DNA from: Candidatus Coprovivens sp.
GTDB lineage: Bacteria > Bacillota_I > Bacilli_A > RF39 > UBA660
DNA: 64,000 nt
Assembly: GCA_051886175.1 (NCBI GenBank)
Contig: JBJEXV010000060.1
Span: forward strand, 7,452 to 71,451
Reading direction: 5' to 3'
Made by a program: the position numbers and the translations under genes. The notes beneath the pieces were generated by a model that was not told where the DNA came from, did no database searches, and saw only the letters and a program-made list of their open reading frames with translations. Each line of letters begins with the position of its first letter. Positions within the stretch are counted from its first letter, which is position 1. Of the stretch, positions 1 through 8,154 are shown in pieces.

Positions 1-185
1 ATTCTGATCCTAGATGCTTGACTTTATATGAATTGTTTATAATTTTTTCTTTACCAAAAGACTGGAATGTGCCTGAATGGGCTGATGAAAGAATGATAAG
101 ACAAGTAATAGGAGAGGGAATACCACCTATGTTAGTAAAAAATTTAGTTGATGAATTAATTAAAAATATTAAAAGCGAAGAATAG
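1..185 (+). CDS. 3' end of unknown protein (partial; ...DWNVPEWADERMIRQVIGEGIPPMLVKNLVDELIKNIKSEE*)
   Basis: Frame beginning at nt 3 is open to the TAG at 183-185; coding-like composition; the gene is convergent with the HNH gene, which ends at 195. Confidence 0.4.
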   Translation, partial: SDPRCLTLYELFIIFSLPKDWNVPEWADERMIRQVIGEGIPPMLVKNLVDELIKNIKSEE

Positions 186-194
186 TTCTTCGCT

Positions 195-1448
195 TTATTT
201 GTAATACTTTGAAAATAATTCTCCAAATGTAATATTTAAACCTACTGATTTAAGTTCTGGTTCCTTCAAGTCAAATAATTTTTTTAACAGTTCAAGTCGT
301 GTAGCTGTATCTCCTAAATGAATAGCAGAGTGGCAAATAGGACAAATAGAAACAATATTTTCAACACGGTCTATATTGATTGCAAAGTCTTTTTGTGCCA
401 TCATTGGTATAAGATGATGGGCCTCCATATATTGTTTGCCTAACTTTGAAGTAAATGTTAAGTGATCATGATTTCCCATACAAACATAATTAGCTATATC
501 TAATGCTGTTTTTGAGATACGTGCATTTGTTTTATATCTAATTGTATTACCTCTCGTATATGGAACTGGAGTTCTATTATTTTGTTTTTTGAATTTCTCG
601 GAATTAACATCATATGCAAATGAAGTAATAACTTTATCTTGATCAACATCAGTAACTAATGTTGCACTAAGATCCATATCATCTATGTCTACTTCAATAT
701 CTTCTTTTAATGTTAATGTTAAATCAGGTTCTTTATTATAAATAGACATTCTTTGAATTTTAGCTAAATATTTATCTTTGATATAATCTGATAGCTGATA
801 ATTACCATCAACTAATTTGGTTATTCCAATTGATGTTAAAAAACTAGTAAATTTAACATCTCTATATTTATTAGAAACCTCAATTGGTATTTCACGTTCG
901 GTATTATCAGTTTTATTTAATTCGACAATAGCATCAAAATAGTTAATTTTAAGGTTATGAGTTACATATAGTAAATATGCTAAACCTTTAGTTGAAATAC
1001 TTCCTAAGTCAGTTATTGCTCTTAAAAATAGTTTTGGAGCATCTACATCAGAATTACTTGATTGAATAGCTGTATTATTTCTACCAAATGAAAGGTTAAA
1101 AATTGAATCCATAATAATATCTAATTGAAGATCAATATTATTTTGTAAATAGGCATTATAAAATCTTATTCCTTTATCTGTAATATGAGCCTTACCAGGT
1201 TTAGAATATTCATATTGAACTAACCCAAAGTATCTTGTTAATTCAGATTGTTTAACTAAATATGGTCCGTCTTGTGCTCCAGCTGCTAGATATGGAAGAG
1301 CTCGCTTAATTTCTTCCTTAAAATCAACATTTGAATGCCATGTTTCTCCATTATTGTGAGATTTATAATATATTTCTAGAGAAGCATAAAATGCATCAAG
1401 TTGTGCTGTTTGTTTAGGCATAATTAATAAATTAATTTCGTTGTCCAT
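195..1448 (-). CDS. HNH endonuclease-domain protein (417 aa), putative restriction/defence nuclease
   Basis: C-terminal HNH (beta-beta-alpha-Me) motif EAHHLIP...N...CPICHSAIH; strong SD GAGGTGA 6 nt upstream of the ATG at 1448; large N-terminal domain of unknown specificity. Confidence 0.6.
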   Translation of the reverse strand: MDNEINLLIMPKQTAQLDAFYASLEIYYKSHNNGETWHSNVDFKEEIKRALPYLAAGAQDGPYLVKQSELTRYFGLVQYEYSKPGKAHITDKGIRFYNAYLQNNIDLQLDIIMDSIFNLSFGRNNTAIQSSNSDVDAPKLFLRAITDLGSISTKGLAYLLYVTHNLKINYFDAIVELNKTDNTEREIPIEVSNKYRDVKFTSFLTSIGITKLVDGNYQLSDYIKDKYLAKIQRMSIYNKEPDLTLTLKEDIEVDIDDMDLSATLVTDVDQDKVITSFAYDVNSEKFKKQNNRTPVPYTRGNTIRYKTNARISKTALDIANYVCMGNHDHLTFTSKLGKQYMEAHHLIPMMAQKDFAINIDRVENIVSICPICHSAIHLGDTATRLELLKKLFDLKEPELKSVGLNITFGELFSKYYK

Positions 1449-1713
1449 ATTTGTTCACCTCATATATATGATACCACAAAAAAATGACATATTTATATAA
1501 TGAAGTAGACTATTTTCTAAAATTTTGATTTGTGGTATAATGAATGAGGAAACGAAATGCTGTTAAAAGATGATTCTTGTCCACATTTTGTCCACGTAAT
1601 ATATAAAATTAGTAATATTTATAATATAGATAATACTAATAATATAATGTACTAAATGCCCGTAATATAAGGGAAAAACACATAATACTATTTGTACCAT
1701 ATATAAGTAAAAT

Positions 1714-1779
1714 ATGGTCAAAACTGGAGCATGTGGAAGTGGTAAAAAATATAAACAATGTTGTGGTAAGAACAAATAA
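1714..1779 (+). CDS. 21-aa SEC-C-motif micro-protein (MVKTGACGSGKKYKQCCGKNK)
   Basis: Near-perfect SEC-C zinc-binding motif CxCGSGKKYKxCCG as in the SecA C-terminal tail; stop codon lies immediately 5' in the same frame; no convincing SD; followed by a strong terminator. Confidence 0.3.
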   Translation: MVKTGACGSGKKYKQCCGKNK

Positions 1780-1788
1780 TTAAAATAA

Positions 1789-1815
1789 AGACTCACTTAA
1801 CAGTGAGTTTTTTTA
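1789..1815 (+). terminator. Rho-independent terminator (ACTCAC-ttaaca-GTGAGT plus T7)
   Basis: Perfect 6-7 bp stem followed by TTTTTTT. Confidence 0.55.
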
Positions 1816-1824
1816 TGCTATAAT
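1797..1824 (+). promoter_or_regulatory. Sigma-A-type promoter of the 1849-3980 operon (-35 TTAACA inside the terminator loop, 16-nt spacer, extended -10 TGcTATAAT)
   Basis: TTAACA at 1797-1802, TATAAT at 1819-1824 preceded by TGc; SD AGAGGTGA follows 5 nt before the ATG at 1849. Confidence 0.4.
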
Positions 1825-1848
1825 TAATACATAATAGAGGTGAATGGC

Positions 1849-3441
1849 ATGGTAGATGATTTACAAATAATTAAAAAACATTACGGTGAAAAAATGTCTC
1901 ACCTTTGTCGTGAACTATTCCCAACGTTATTAGAAGAACCAGGTTGGTTAAGTAACTTCATGTTAGAAAAATTTGAACCTAATAGATTATTGTACGAAGA
2001 TATAATAATGAATGGTTTTAAAGAAAGTTTTAAAAACTTTGTTTTGAGTTTTAAACAAATTAAAAGAGAAGAAGTACCAGTAACTAAAACACCCAGTGAA
2101 CTACTTAGTGAAGCAGGTTACGATCTATATGAATGTAAAACAGAAGCGGACATACAAAGTTTTAGAAAATATTTCGCACCAGGAGAAGAACTGTGTACTT
2201 TTAATGGTGGAAGATTAGAAAGATGCCATGTATTCTTCGCAGTAAGAAAAGATGTAGATAAAATAAAAAGAAAAAATTTTTCTAGTCCAAGACGTCAAGA
2301 TGAATATGGAACATCAGTAATGAGTATTCAGTTCTCTAGAGGAGAAAACAACACAGTGTCTATTAAAAATAGATACAACCATACAGTTGACAATCCTGAT
2401 GCTACATACGGGAATAACCTAGATAATATAGTATACGGATTAACTGACAGTTTTGAAAAAACAGATGGCTTCAACCTAAATCATAGTAGAAGTGGTTTTG
2501 AAATACCTGGATATGTAAGAGCAGATAAATACTATAAATATAATTACGAATTAGATAATATTTATTATTGTACAGATAATCTAATTATTGATAACTTTAC
2601 AGTAGATCGTCGTTTTCAACAAAAAGAAAGATATATATTATTTGATTATTATATTTTAGATCTACAAGAAAAGACATTATCTTTTGTAAGTGAAAAAATA
2701 GATCAACAAACAAACCCAGGTTCATATAGATACTACGCATACTATGAAGATACTTTTTGTAAATCAATCGGTAAAATAAAAGAGATCAAAGTAATAAAAG
2801 ATAAAAAAACAGGAAATAGAATAATTTATATCTACACAATACATAAAGAACCAATAGAAATAGAAATAAATAAAGCTAACCAAATGGTAAGATACAAAAA
2901 CAACCATATAAGAAGATTGAGACGTAGATATTTAAAATATAATAAGTACCTAGAAAAAATAGAACTAAGAAACGTAACAAGGGTAGAAAGCAGTTTCCTA
3001 TATAGCAATAGACACCTAGTAGAACTAATAATGCCAAAAGTATTAGAGTTCGGTGAAAGCTGCCTATACTCAAATCGTTCAATAAGAAGAGCAGAACTTC
3101 CAGCAACATTCTTTATATCAGATGGATTCCTAGGATGGAACCAAGTATTTGATCGCCAACCAGTCGGAGTAAAAAATCGTTTCGTAAGATTCATAAGAAC
3201 ACCTGATTGGAGTTATGGACCAATTGTATTCTTTCATATGCTAATAGCAGCTATAACTAATCAAACAATAAAACTATCAAATAAAATAATGAATAAAAGA
3301 GATTATGATTTCAGTGGGGATGAAGTAACTATAACATCTATCAAAAAAACAAATGCATTCTCACATCTCATTGACTTTATAATATCTAAAAAAGAACCAA
3401 CAAGAACACTGGAAGATATAGAGAAAGGAAATACACTATGA
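1849..3441 (+). CDS. hypothetical protein (530 aa), no recognisable family; possible Pol-beta-like nucleotidyltransferase motif (GG-x13-DVD)
   Basis: Long ORF; SD AGAGGTGA 5 nt upstream of the ATG at 1849 (the ORF track's GTG at 1840 falls inside the SD); coding periodicity; the 4-nt ATGA overlap with the next gene indicates an operon. Confidence 0.7.
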   Translation: MVDDLQIIKKHYGEKMSHLCRELFPTLLEEPGWLSNFMLEKFEPNRLLYEDIIMNGFKESFKNFVLSFKQIKREEVPVTKTPSELLSEAGYDLYECKTEADIQSFRKYFAPGEELCTFNGGRLERCHVFFAVRKDVDKIKRKNFSSPRRQDEYGTSVMSIQFSRGENNTVSIKNRYNHTVDNPDATYGNNLDNIVYGLTDSFEKTDGFNLNHSRSGFEIPGYVRADKYYKYNYELDNIYYCTDNLIIDNFTVDRRFQQKERYILFDYYILDLQEKTLSFVSEKIDQQTNPGSYRYYAYYEDTFCKSIGKIKEIKVIKDKKTGNRIIYIYTIHKEPIEIEINKANQMVRYKNNHIRRLRRRYLKYNKYLEKIELRNVTRVESSFLYSNRHLVELIMPKVLEFGESCLYSNRSIRRAELPATFFISDGFLGWNQVFDRQPVGVKNRFVRFIRTPDWSYGPIVFFHMLIAAITNQTIKLSNKIMNKRDYDFSGDEVTITSIKKTNAFSHLIDFIISKKEPTRTLEDIEKGNTL

Positions 3442-3980
3442 CAGAAAACTTAGTAATAGAGATGTCTAATGGAGTTAAATATACTGTAATAGATATATTA
3501 GAATATAACAAAGAAACTTATTTTCTTTTAACTTTAACATCAAACGATGAAACAAAAATATCAGATCAATTTGAAATATGTAAATATGACAAAGTACACA
3601 ATAATTTTGACAAAATTGAATATGAAGATGAATACGAATTTATTAAGAAAAAATTTGATGAAAGACTAGAAAAAGAAAAAATAGAAATATCTATAGTTAA
3701 CAGAATAGATTTTGATGAATTACTTAAACTAGAAGTACTTAGTGTAAAAAATTATGAATATAAACTTAAACATGAAGAAAAAACATACAATAAAAATATA
3801 GAATTCTATTCAAAAACAAAACCACAAAAAGGTGATTACATATATATTTCTAGAAATACATTAGAAGAAGACATGCTTACTTATGGTCACATCCATAATA
3901 TAAATGATTTAAATCATAATAATGTCTTAGTAATTGAAAAAAATGAAAAAAGAGTATATTTACTAAGATATTACGGATAA
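3438..3980 (+). CDS. hypothetical protein (180 aa) with DUF1292-like N-terminal region
   Basis: Translationally coupled to the upstream gene (ATGA overlap); N-terminal 70 aa follow the DUF1292-like pattern (VIDILEYNKETYFLL...DEYEFI). Confidence 0.65.
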   Translation: MTENLVIEMSNGVKYTVIDILEYNKETYFLLTLTSNDETKISDQFEICKYDKVHNNFDKIEYEDEYEFIKKKFDERLEKEKIEISIVNRIDFDELLKLEVLSVKNYEYKLKHEEKTYNKNIEFYSKTKPQKGDYIYISRNTLEEDMLTYGHIHNINDLNHNNVLVIEKNEKRVYLLRYYG

Positions 3981-4079
3981 AGTGAGCAAAATGCCACTTT
4001 TCATTGCTATAATGTAAAGAGTTGTTGCTACAAAAAAACATATCTATTATATGATTAGTTTGTCAAGGGAGTAAAAATT

Positions 4080-4183
4080 ATGGCATTAGGGAAAAAATAA
4101 AAGATTTAAGAAAAAAAGCTAATATAACTCTAAAAGCAATAACAACTTTATTTAATATATTTTTAGATGAACTATTAGATTAA
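4080..4183 (+). pseudogene. Remnant of an XRE-family HTH regulator gene (frameshift in an A-run, truncated)
   Basis: SD GGGAG then ATG; MALGKK, stop, then a +1 frame reading IKDLRKKANITLKAITTLF, typical of an XRE HTH N-terminus; upstream extended -10 TGcTATAAT at about 4008-4016. Confidence 0.3.
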
Positions 4184-4259
4184 AAAAAAGAAATACTAGG
4201 AGATGTTATTTTAGAAGAAAAGTATTCATTAGAAGTATTCAAAAAAGAAGGTGAGTATT

Positions 4260-5408
4260 ATGTGTGACACATTCGGTTTAATAACAAAAAACAATAAAAT
4301 ATTTGCCAAAAATAGTGATAGAAGTCCAAATGAACCACAAGTAATCCAATTCATAAAGAAACATAAAAATAAAAATAAAGAAGTTAAACTTACTTATATA
4401 ACAATAGATGAAGTTAAAGAAGTTAACTCAATACTTATTTCTCGTCCATCATGGATGTGGGGAGCAGAAATGGGTGTAAATGAATATGGACTTTGTATAG
4501 GAAATGAAGCTATTTTTACAAAAGGCAAATATAATAAAACAGGTATAACTGGAATGGACTTAGTTCGTTTAGCACTAGAAAGAACATCAAACGCCAAAGA
4601 AGCTAAAGATCTAATAATAGAATTAATTCAAAAATATAACCAAGGTGGAAATTGTGGCTACGACCATAACTTCTTTTATGACAATTCATTTTTAATCATG
4701 GATAGAAAAGAAATATTCATACTAGAAACTAGTGGCAAAGAATACAATGTCAAAAAAGTATCTAAAGGAGCTATATCAAACTGCATAACATTACCAAATG
4801 ACAATATAAAAGAAGACCCATTATATCGTAAGTTCTCAGGTGCCCCTATAAGACATAAAATAGTATCAAATCTATTAGACAATAAACTTAGCATAAAAGA
4901 TACTTTTAATATTCTAAGACAACATAATGGCAATAAATATTTTAAATACGGAAGCGTTAGCAGTCCTTGTATGCATGCAGGTGGAATAGTAGGCGATCAT
5001 ACAACATCATCTATGGTAGTTGATTTATCTAACGATGAAATAAATGTATATTTTACAGGAACTTCATTACCATGTTTATCATTATTTAAACATTATACTT
5101 TTGGAGATAAAATAGAATATCCAATATCAACTGAAATAAATACAGATTATTGGTATAAGCAAGAAAAGCTAAAACGAAACCTATTAACAAAAGCAATACC
5201 ATTAACTTTTTATGAAGAACGTAATAAATTAGAAAATTATATTATAAACAAAAAAATACCATTATCTGAATCAATAAAATTAGAAGAAAAACTATATAAA
5301 AACTTAAATATAAATAAACTACCTAACATAAAAAGAGGATTATATTATAAATGGTATTGGAATAAAAAAAATAAACAATTAGAAAAGAGTCAACAAAATG
5401 AAATTTGA
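4260..5408 (+). CDS. Secernin-like / peptidase C69 family Ntn-hydrolase (Cys nucleophile at position 2)
   Basis: N-terminus MCDTFG...FAKNSDRSPNEPQV and WGAEMGVNEYGLCIGNEA match the secernin/C69 signatures; SD AAGGTGA 5 nt before the ATG at 4260. Confidence 0.65.
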   Translation: MCDTFGLITKNNKIFAKNSDRSPNEPQVIQFIKKHKNKNKEVKLTYITIDEVKEVNSILISRPSWMWGAEMGVNEYGLCIGNEAIFTKGKYNKTGITGMDLVRLALERTSNAKEAKDLIIELIQKYNQGGNCGYDHNFFYDNSFLIMDRKEIFILETSGKEYNVKKVSKGAISNCITLPNDNIKEDPLYRKFSGAPIRHKIVSNLLDNKLSIKDTFNILRQHNGNKYFKYGSVSSPCMHAGGIVGDHTTSSMVVDLSNDEINVYFTGTSLPCLSLFKHYTFGDKIEYPISTEINTDYWYKQEKLKRNLLTKAIPLTFYEERNKLENYIINKKIPLSESIKLEEKLYKNLNINKLPNIKRGLYYKWYWNKKNKQLEKSQQNEI

Positions 5409-5928
5409 AAAAATAACATATGATAACTTAGAACTAGCTTGTAAAATACAAAACACAATCTTTCCGGAAGAAGACGCACGTCAAAATTTTATAGAACAAA
5501 TCAACCAAGCTCCCTATCGTAAAGAACAAGATTACAGCATTGTTTATGTAGATAACAAACCAATTGGAGTAACAGGAATATATTCATACCATGAATATCC
5601 AGAAAGTGCATGGCTAGGTTGGTTTGGTATCTTAAACGAATATAGAAATAAAGGTTATGGTAAACTAACTTTAGAAAAAACAATAGAACTAGCTAAAGAA
5701 AAAGGATATACAAGATTTAGATTATATACAGACGAATTCGCTACAGATGCTCATAAACTATATGAAAAATGTGGCTTAATAAAAGAACTATATGACAATG
5801 AAGATGATAAAGATGCCTTCATAGAAGCAGACATATACATATATTCTAAATCTCTAAATGATGAAGAAATTGATTTATGGAACAATAAAATGCTTGGCTT
5901 AAAAGAACAAAGTTATAAAGAACACTAA
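5398..5928 (+). CDS. GNAT family N-acetyltransferase
   Basis: GNAT motif A region (NEYRNKGYGKLTLEKTIELAKEKGY); 11-nt overlap with the upstream peptidase gene. Confidence 0.75.
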   Translation: MKFEKITYDNLELACKIQNTIFPEEDARQNFIEQINQAPYRKEQDYSIVYVDNKPIGVTGIYSYHEYPESAWLGWFGILNEYRNKGYGKLTLEKTIELAKEKGYTRFRLYTDEFATDAHKLYEKCGLIKELYDNEDDKDAFIEADIYIYSKSLNDEEIDLWNNKMLGLKEQSYKEH

Positions 5929-5958
5929 GAGTTTACAAAATAAACTCTTTTTATTTTT
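5928..5958 (+). terminator. Rho-independent terminator (AGAGTTTA-caaaa-TAAACTCT plus T-run)
   Basis: Perfect 8-bp stem followed by TTTTTATTTTT. Confidence 0.6.
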
Positions 5959-6026
5959 AAAATAACTATAATGTATAAATGAAACAAACTATAAATGTTA
6001 TAATAAAAACAAGAAGAGGTGATAGC

Positions 6027-6617
6027 ATGTTAACAACTAATAACTTATTAACAGATATTGATAAAAAAATTAACAAATGTCACCTATGCCAAGATAAGGT
6101 AGAAAAATTTCCTAATGCAAAAACAGTATATCTAGGTAAAAATAATGATATTGTTCTAATAGGTGAAGCACCAGCAAACAATGGCTGGCGCAAAAGCGGT
6201 ATGCTATGGAAAGACATAACAGGAAAAGTACTACCTAGTGGAGTAGTATTACAAAAACTATTTGATATTATAAATCGAGACATATTTGAAACAACATTCT
6301 TAGAATCAGTTAAATGCTACCCATTAGAAAGAAAAAATTTAAAAGAATGTTCAAAAAATTGCAAACAATATATGATTCATCAACTAGATATCTTAAAACC
6401 TAAATTAATTATTACATTAGGAGAATTCCCAACAAGAAATCTTCTAGATAATAAATTTGAAAAATATAGTGACGTAGTAGGAACAATACATAAAGTAAAT
6501 AACTATTACATATTACCTATATATCATCCAAGTCCTATCTCACCAAAGAGCTATAAAGGTAATCTACCTATATTTGAATATTTAAAAGAATGGATGGATG
6601 AAAATGGATGTAGATAG
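6027..6617 (+). CDS. Uracil-DNA glycosylase superfamily protein (family 4/5-like, Cys-rich, possible Fe-S)
   Basis: CHLC...VLIGEAPA...VKCYPLE...CSKNC...LITLGEF...YHPSPISP pattern of family-4/UDGb glycosylases; SD GAGGTGA before the ATG at 6027 (the track start at 5979 lacks an SD). Confidence 0.6.
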   Translation: MLTTNNLLTDIDKKINKCHLCQDKVEKFPNAKTVYLGKNNDIVLIGEAPANNGWRKSGMLWKDITGKVLPSGVVLQKLFDIINRDIFETTFLESVKCYPLERKNLKECSKNCKQYMIHQLDILKPKLIITLGEFPTRNLLDNKFEKYSDVVGTIHKVNNYYILPIYHPSPISPKSYKGNLPIFEYLKEWMDENGCR

Positions 6618-7017
6618 AATGAAACACACACTTGCAGTAGCAAGAAAAATGGTTGAAATAGGTAAAAACTTAAAACTAACAGAAGAACAACAACAAGAAC
6701 TATTCACACTAGGATTTGTACACGATATAGGATACGAATATCCAAACAAAGAATATCAACACAATGTTATTGGTGGAGAAATGTTAAAAGAAACTGGATA
6801 TAAATACTGGGAAGAAGTTTACTACCATGGAAATCCCAATACATCATATGAATCTTTATACTTAACAATATTAAATATGGCCGACATGCAAATAGATAAA
6901 TACGGTAACGATGTTGGATATTCAAAAAGACTAGAAGACATCAAATCAAGATATGGAGAAGACTCAATACCATATCAAAATTGTGTAAAATTAATTAACC
7001 AATTACAAAAACTATAA
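6598..7017 (+). CDS. HD-domain phosphohydrolase (small)
   Basis: H...LGFVHDIGY motif; 20-nt overlap with the upstream UDG-like gene. Confidence 0.55.
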   Translation: MKMDVDRMKHTLAVARKMVEIGKNLKLTEEQQQELFTLGFVHDIGYEYPNKEYQHNVIGGEMLKETGYKYWEEVYYHGNPNTSYESLYLTILNMADMQIDKYGNDVGYSKRLEDIKSRYGEDSIPYQNCVKLINQLQKL

Positions 7018-7032
7018 AAAGAGGTAATAAAA

Positions 7033-8139
7033 ATGAAAGTAAAAAATAATTACAATGAATGTTTAACAAATCTAGCTTGCTCGATTAGAAAGCATTATGA
7101 ACTAGATTATAATCACAATACACTAGATTACATTGATAAACTATTAAAAGAAAAACAACCTAAAAATGTAATATTAATGTTATTTGATGGTATGGGTTCA
7201 AGAATATTAGAAAGAACATTACCAAGTGATGCATTCTTTATAAAAAATAAATATAAAGATATTACTACAGTATTCCCTGCAACAACTACTGCAGCAACTC
7301 AATCAATGAGGTCAGGATTGAATCCAGTAGAACACGGATGGCTGGGATGGAATACATATATTGAACCAATTGATAAAACTATTACATTATTCTTAAATAC
7401 TGAAAAAGGTAGTGAAGAAACATGTAATGAATTCTTAAGTATTAAAGATAATATATTATACCAAGACTTCATTCCATCACTAATTAATAAAGAAGGAAAA
7501 TATAGTAGTATAGAACTATTTCCGTTCGGACCAAATGCATATAAAAATTTAGATGATATGTTATCTAGAATAAAAGAAATATCTAAACAAGAAGGTAAAA
7601 AATACATCTATGCTTACGATGATCAACCAGATGGTACAATGCATGACTTCGGTCCGGATAGCATCGAAGCACAAACCCTAATAAAAGAAAGAAATGAAAA
7701 AGTAGAAAAATTATGTGACGAACTAGAAGACTCAATAGTCATCGTTGTAGCAGACCACGGTCACATAAAAGTAGAACATATTTTCTTAAAAGAATACCCA
7801 GAACTACTTAATATGTTAGAAAGAACTACAGCACTAGAACAAAGAGCAGTAGCATTCAAAGTAAAAGATGGTCAAAAAGAAAATTTTATTAAATTATTTA
7901 ATGAATTATTTGGAAAATACTTTACTTTATACACAAAAGAAGATGTAATAGAAAGTAAATTATTTGGAGATGGAACACCTTGTTCAATATTTGAACCAGC
8001 TTTAGGAGATTTCATTGCGATTGCAGAGAATTCTAACAAATGCTTAGTAGTAGATGGAGACGACATCCTAGTATCACAACATGCTGGTTATACAGAAGAC
8101 GAAATATACGTTCCTTTAATAATAATCGATAAAAAATAA
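7033..8139 (+). CDS. Alkaline-phosphatase-superfamily phosphodiesterase / nucleotide pyrophosphatase-like protein
   Basis: LMLFDGMGS...VFPATTTAATQS...VVADHGH motifs of type I phosphodiesterase/NPP (AlkP core). Confidence 0.6.
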   Translation: MKVKNNYNECLTNLACSIRKHYELDYNHNTLDYIDKLLKEKQPKNVILMLFDGMGSRILERTLPSDAFFIKNKYKDITTVFPATTTAATQSMRSGLNPVEHGWLGWNTYIEPIDKTITLFLNTEKGSEETCNEFLSIKDNILYQDFIPSLINKEGKYSSIELFPFGPNAYKNLDDMLSRIKEISKQEGKKYIYAYDDQPDGTMHDFGPDSIEAQTLIKERNEKVEKLCDELEDSIVIVVADHGHIKVEHIFLKEYPELLNMLERTTALEQRAVAFKVKDGQKENFIKLFNELFGKYFTLYTKEDVIESKLFGDGTPCSIFEPALGDFIAIAENSNKCLVVDGDDILVSQHAGYTEDEIYVPLIIIDKK

Positions 8140-8154
8140 TAAGAAGGTGATCTT

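Noticed and set aside
1714-1779. Considered the SEC-C micro-ORF to be the 3' end of a disrupted secA
   Set aside because: An in-frame stop lies immediately upstream. The partial gene at 1-185 does not resemble SecA. The HNH gene and non-coding sequence intervene. Kept only as a low-confidence micro-ORF or relic.
1563-1796. 77-aa minus-strand ORF, and a plus-strand 32-codon ORF (1557-1655, MLLKDDSCPHF...) with an SD-like GAGGAAA
   Set aside because: Extremely AT-rich and low-complexity (I/Y/N/L runs). Both lie in the promoter/operator region of the HNH gene and overlap the IR and DR motifs. No family resemblance. Treated as non-coding.
2832-3194. Minus-strand ORFs (120 and 77 aa) inside the 530-aa gene
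   Set aside because: Antisense to a strongly supported CDS, with leucine/phenylalanine-rich low-complexity translations typical of antisense AT-rich frames.
7033-8139. Considered the AlkP-family gene as a BREX PglZ
   Set aside because: At 368 aa it is far smaller than PglZ proteins and no other BREX genes (pglX, brxC/L) are present. It is better described as an NPP/type-I phosphodiesterase-like enzyme.
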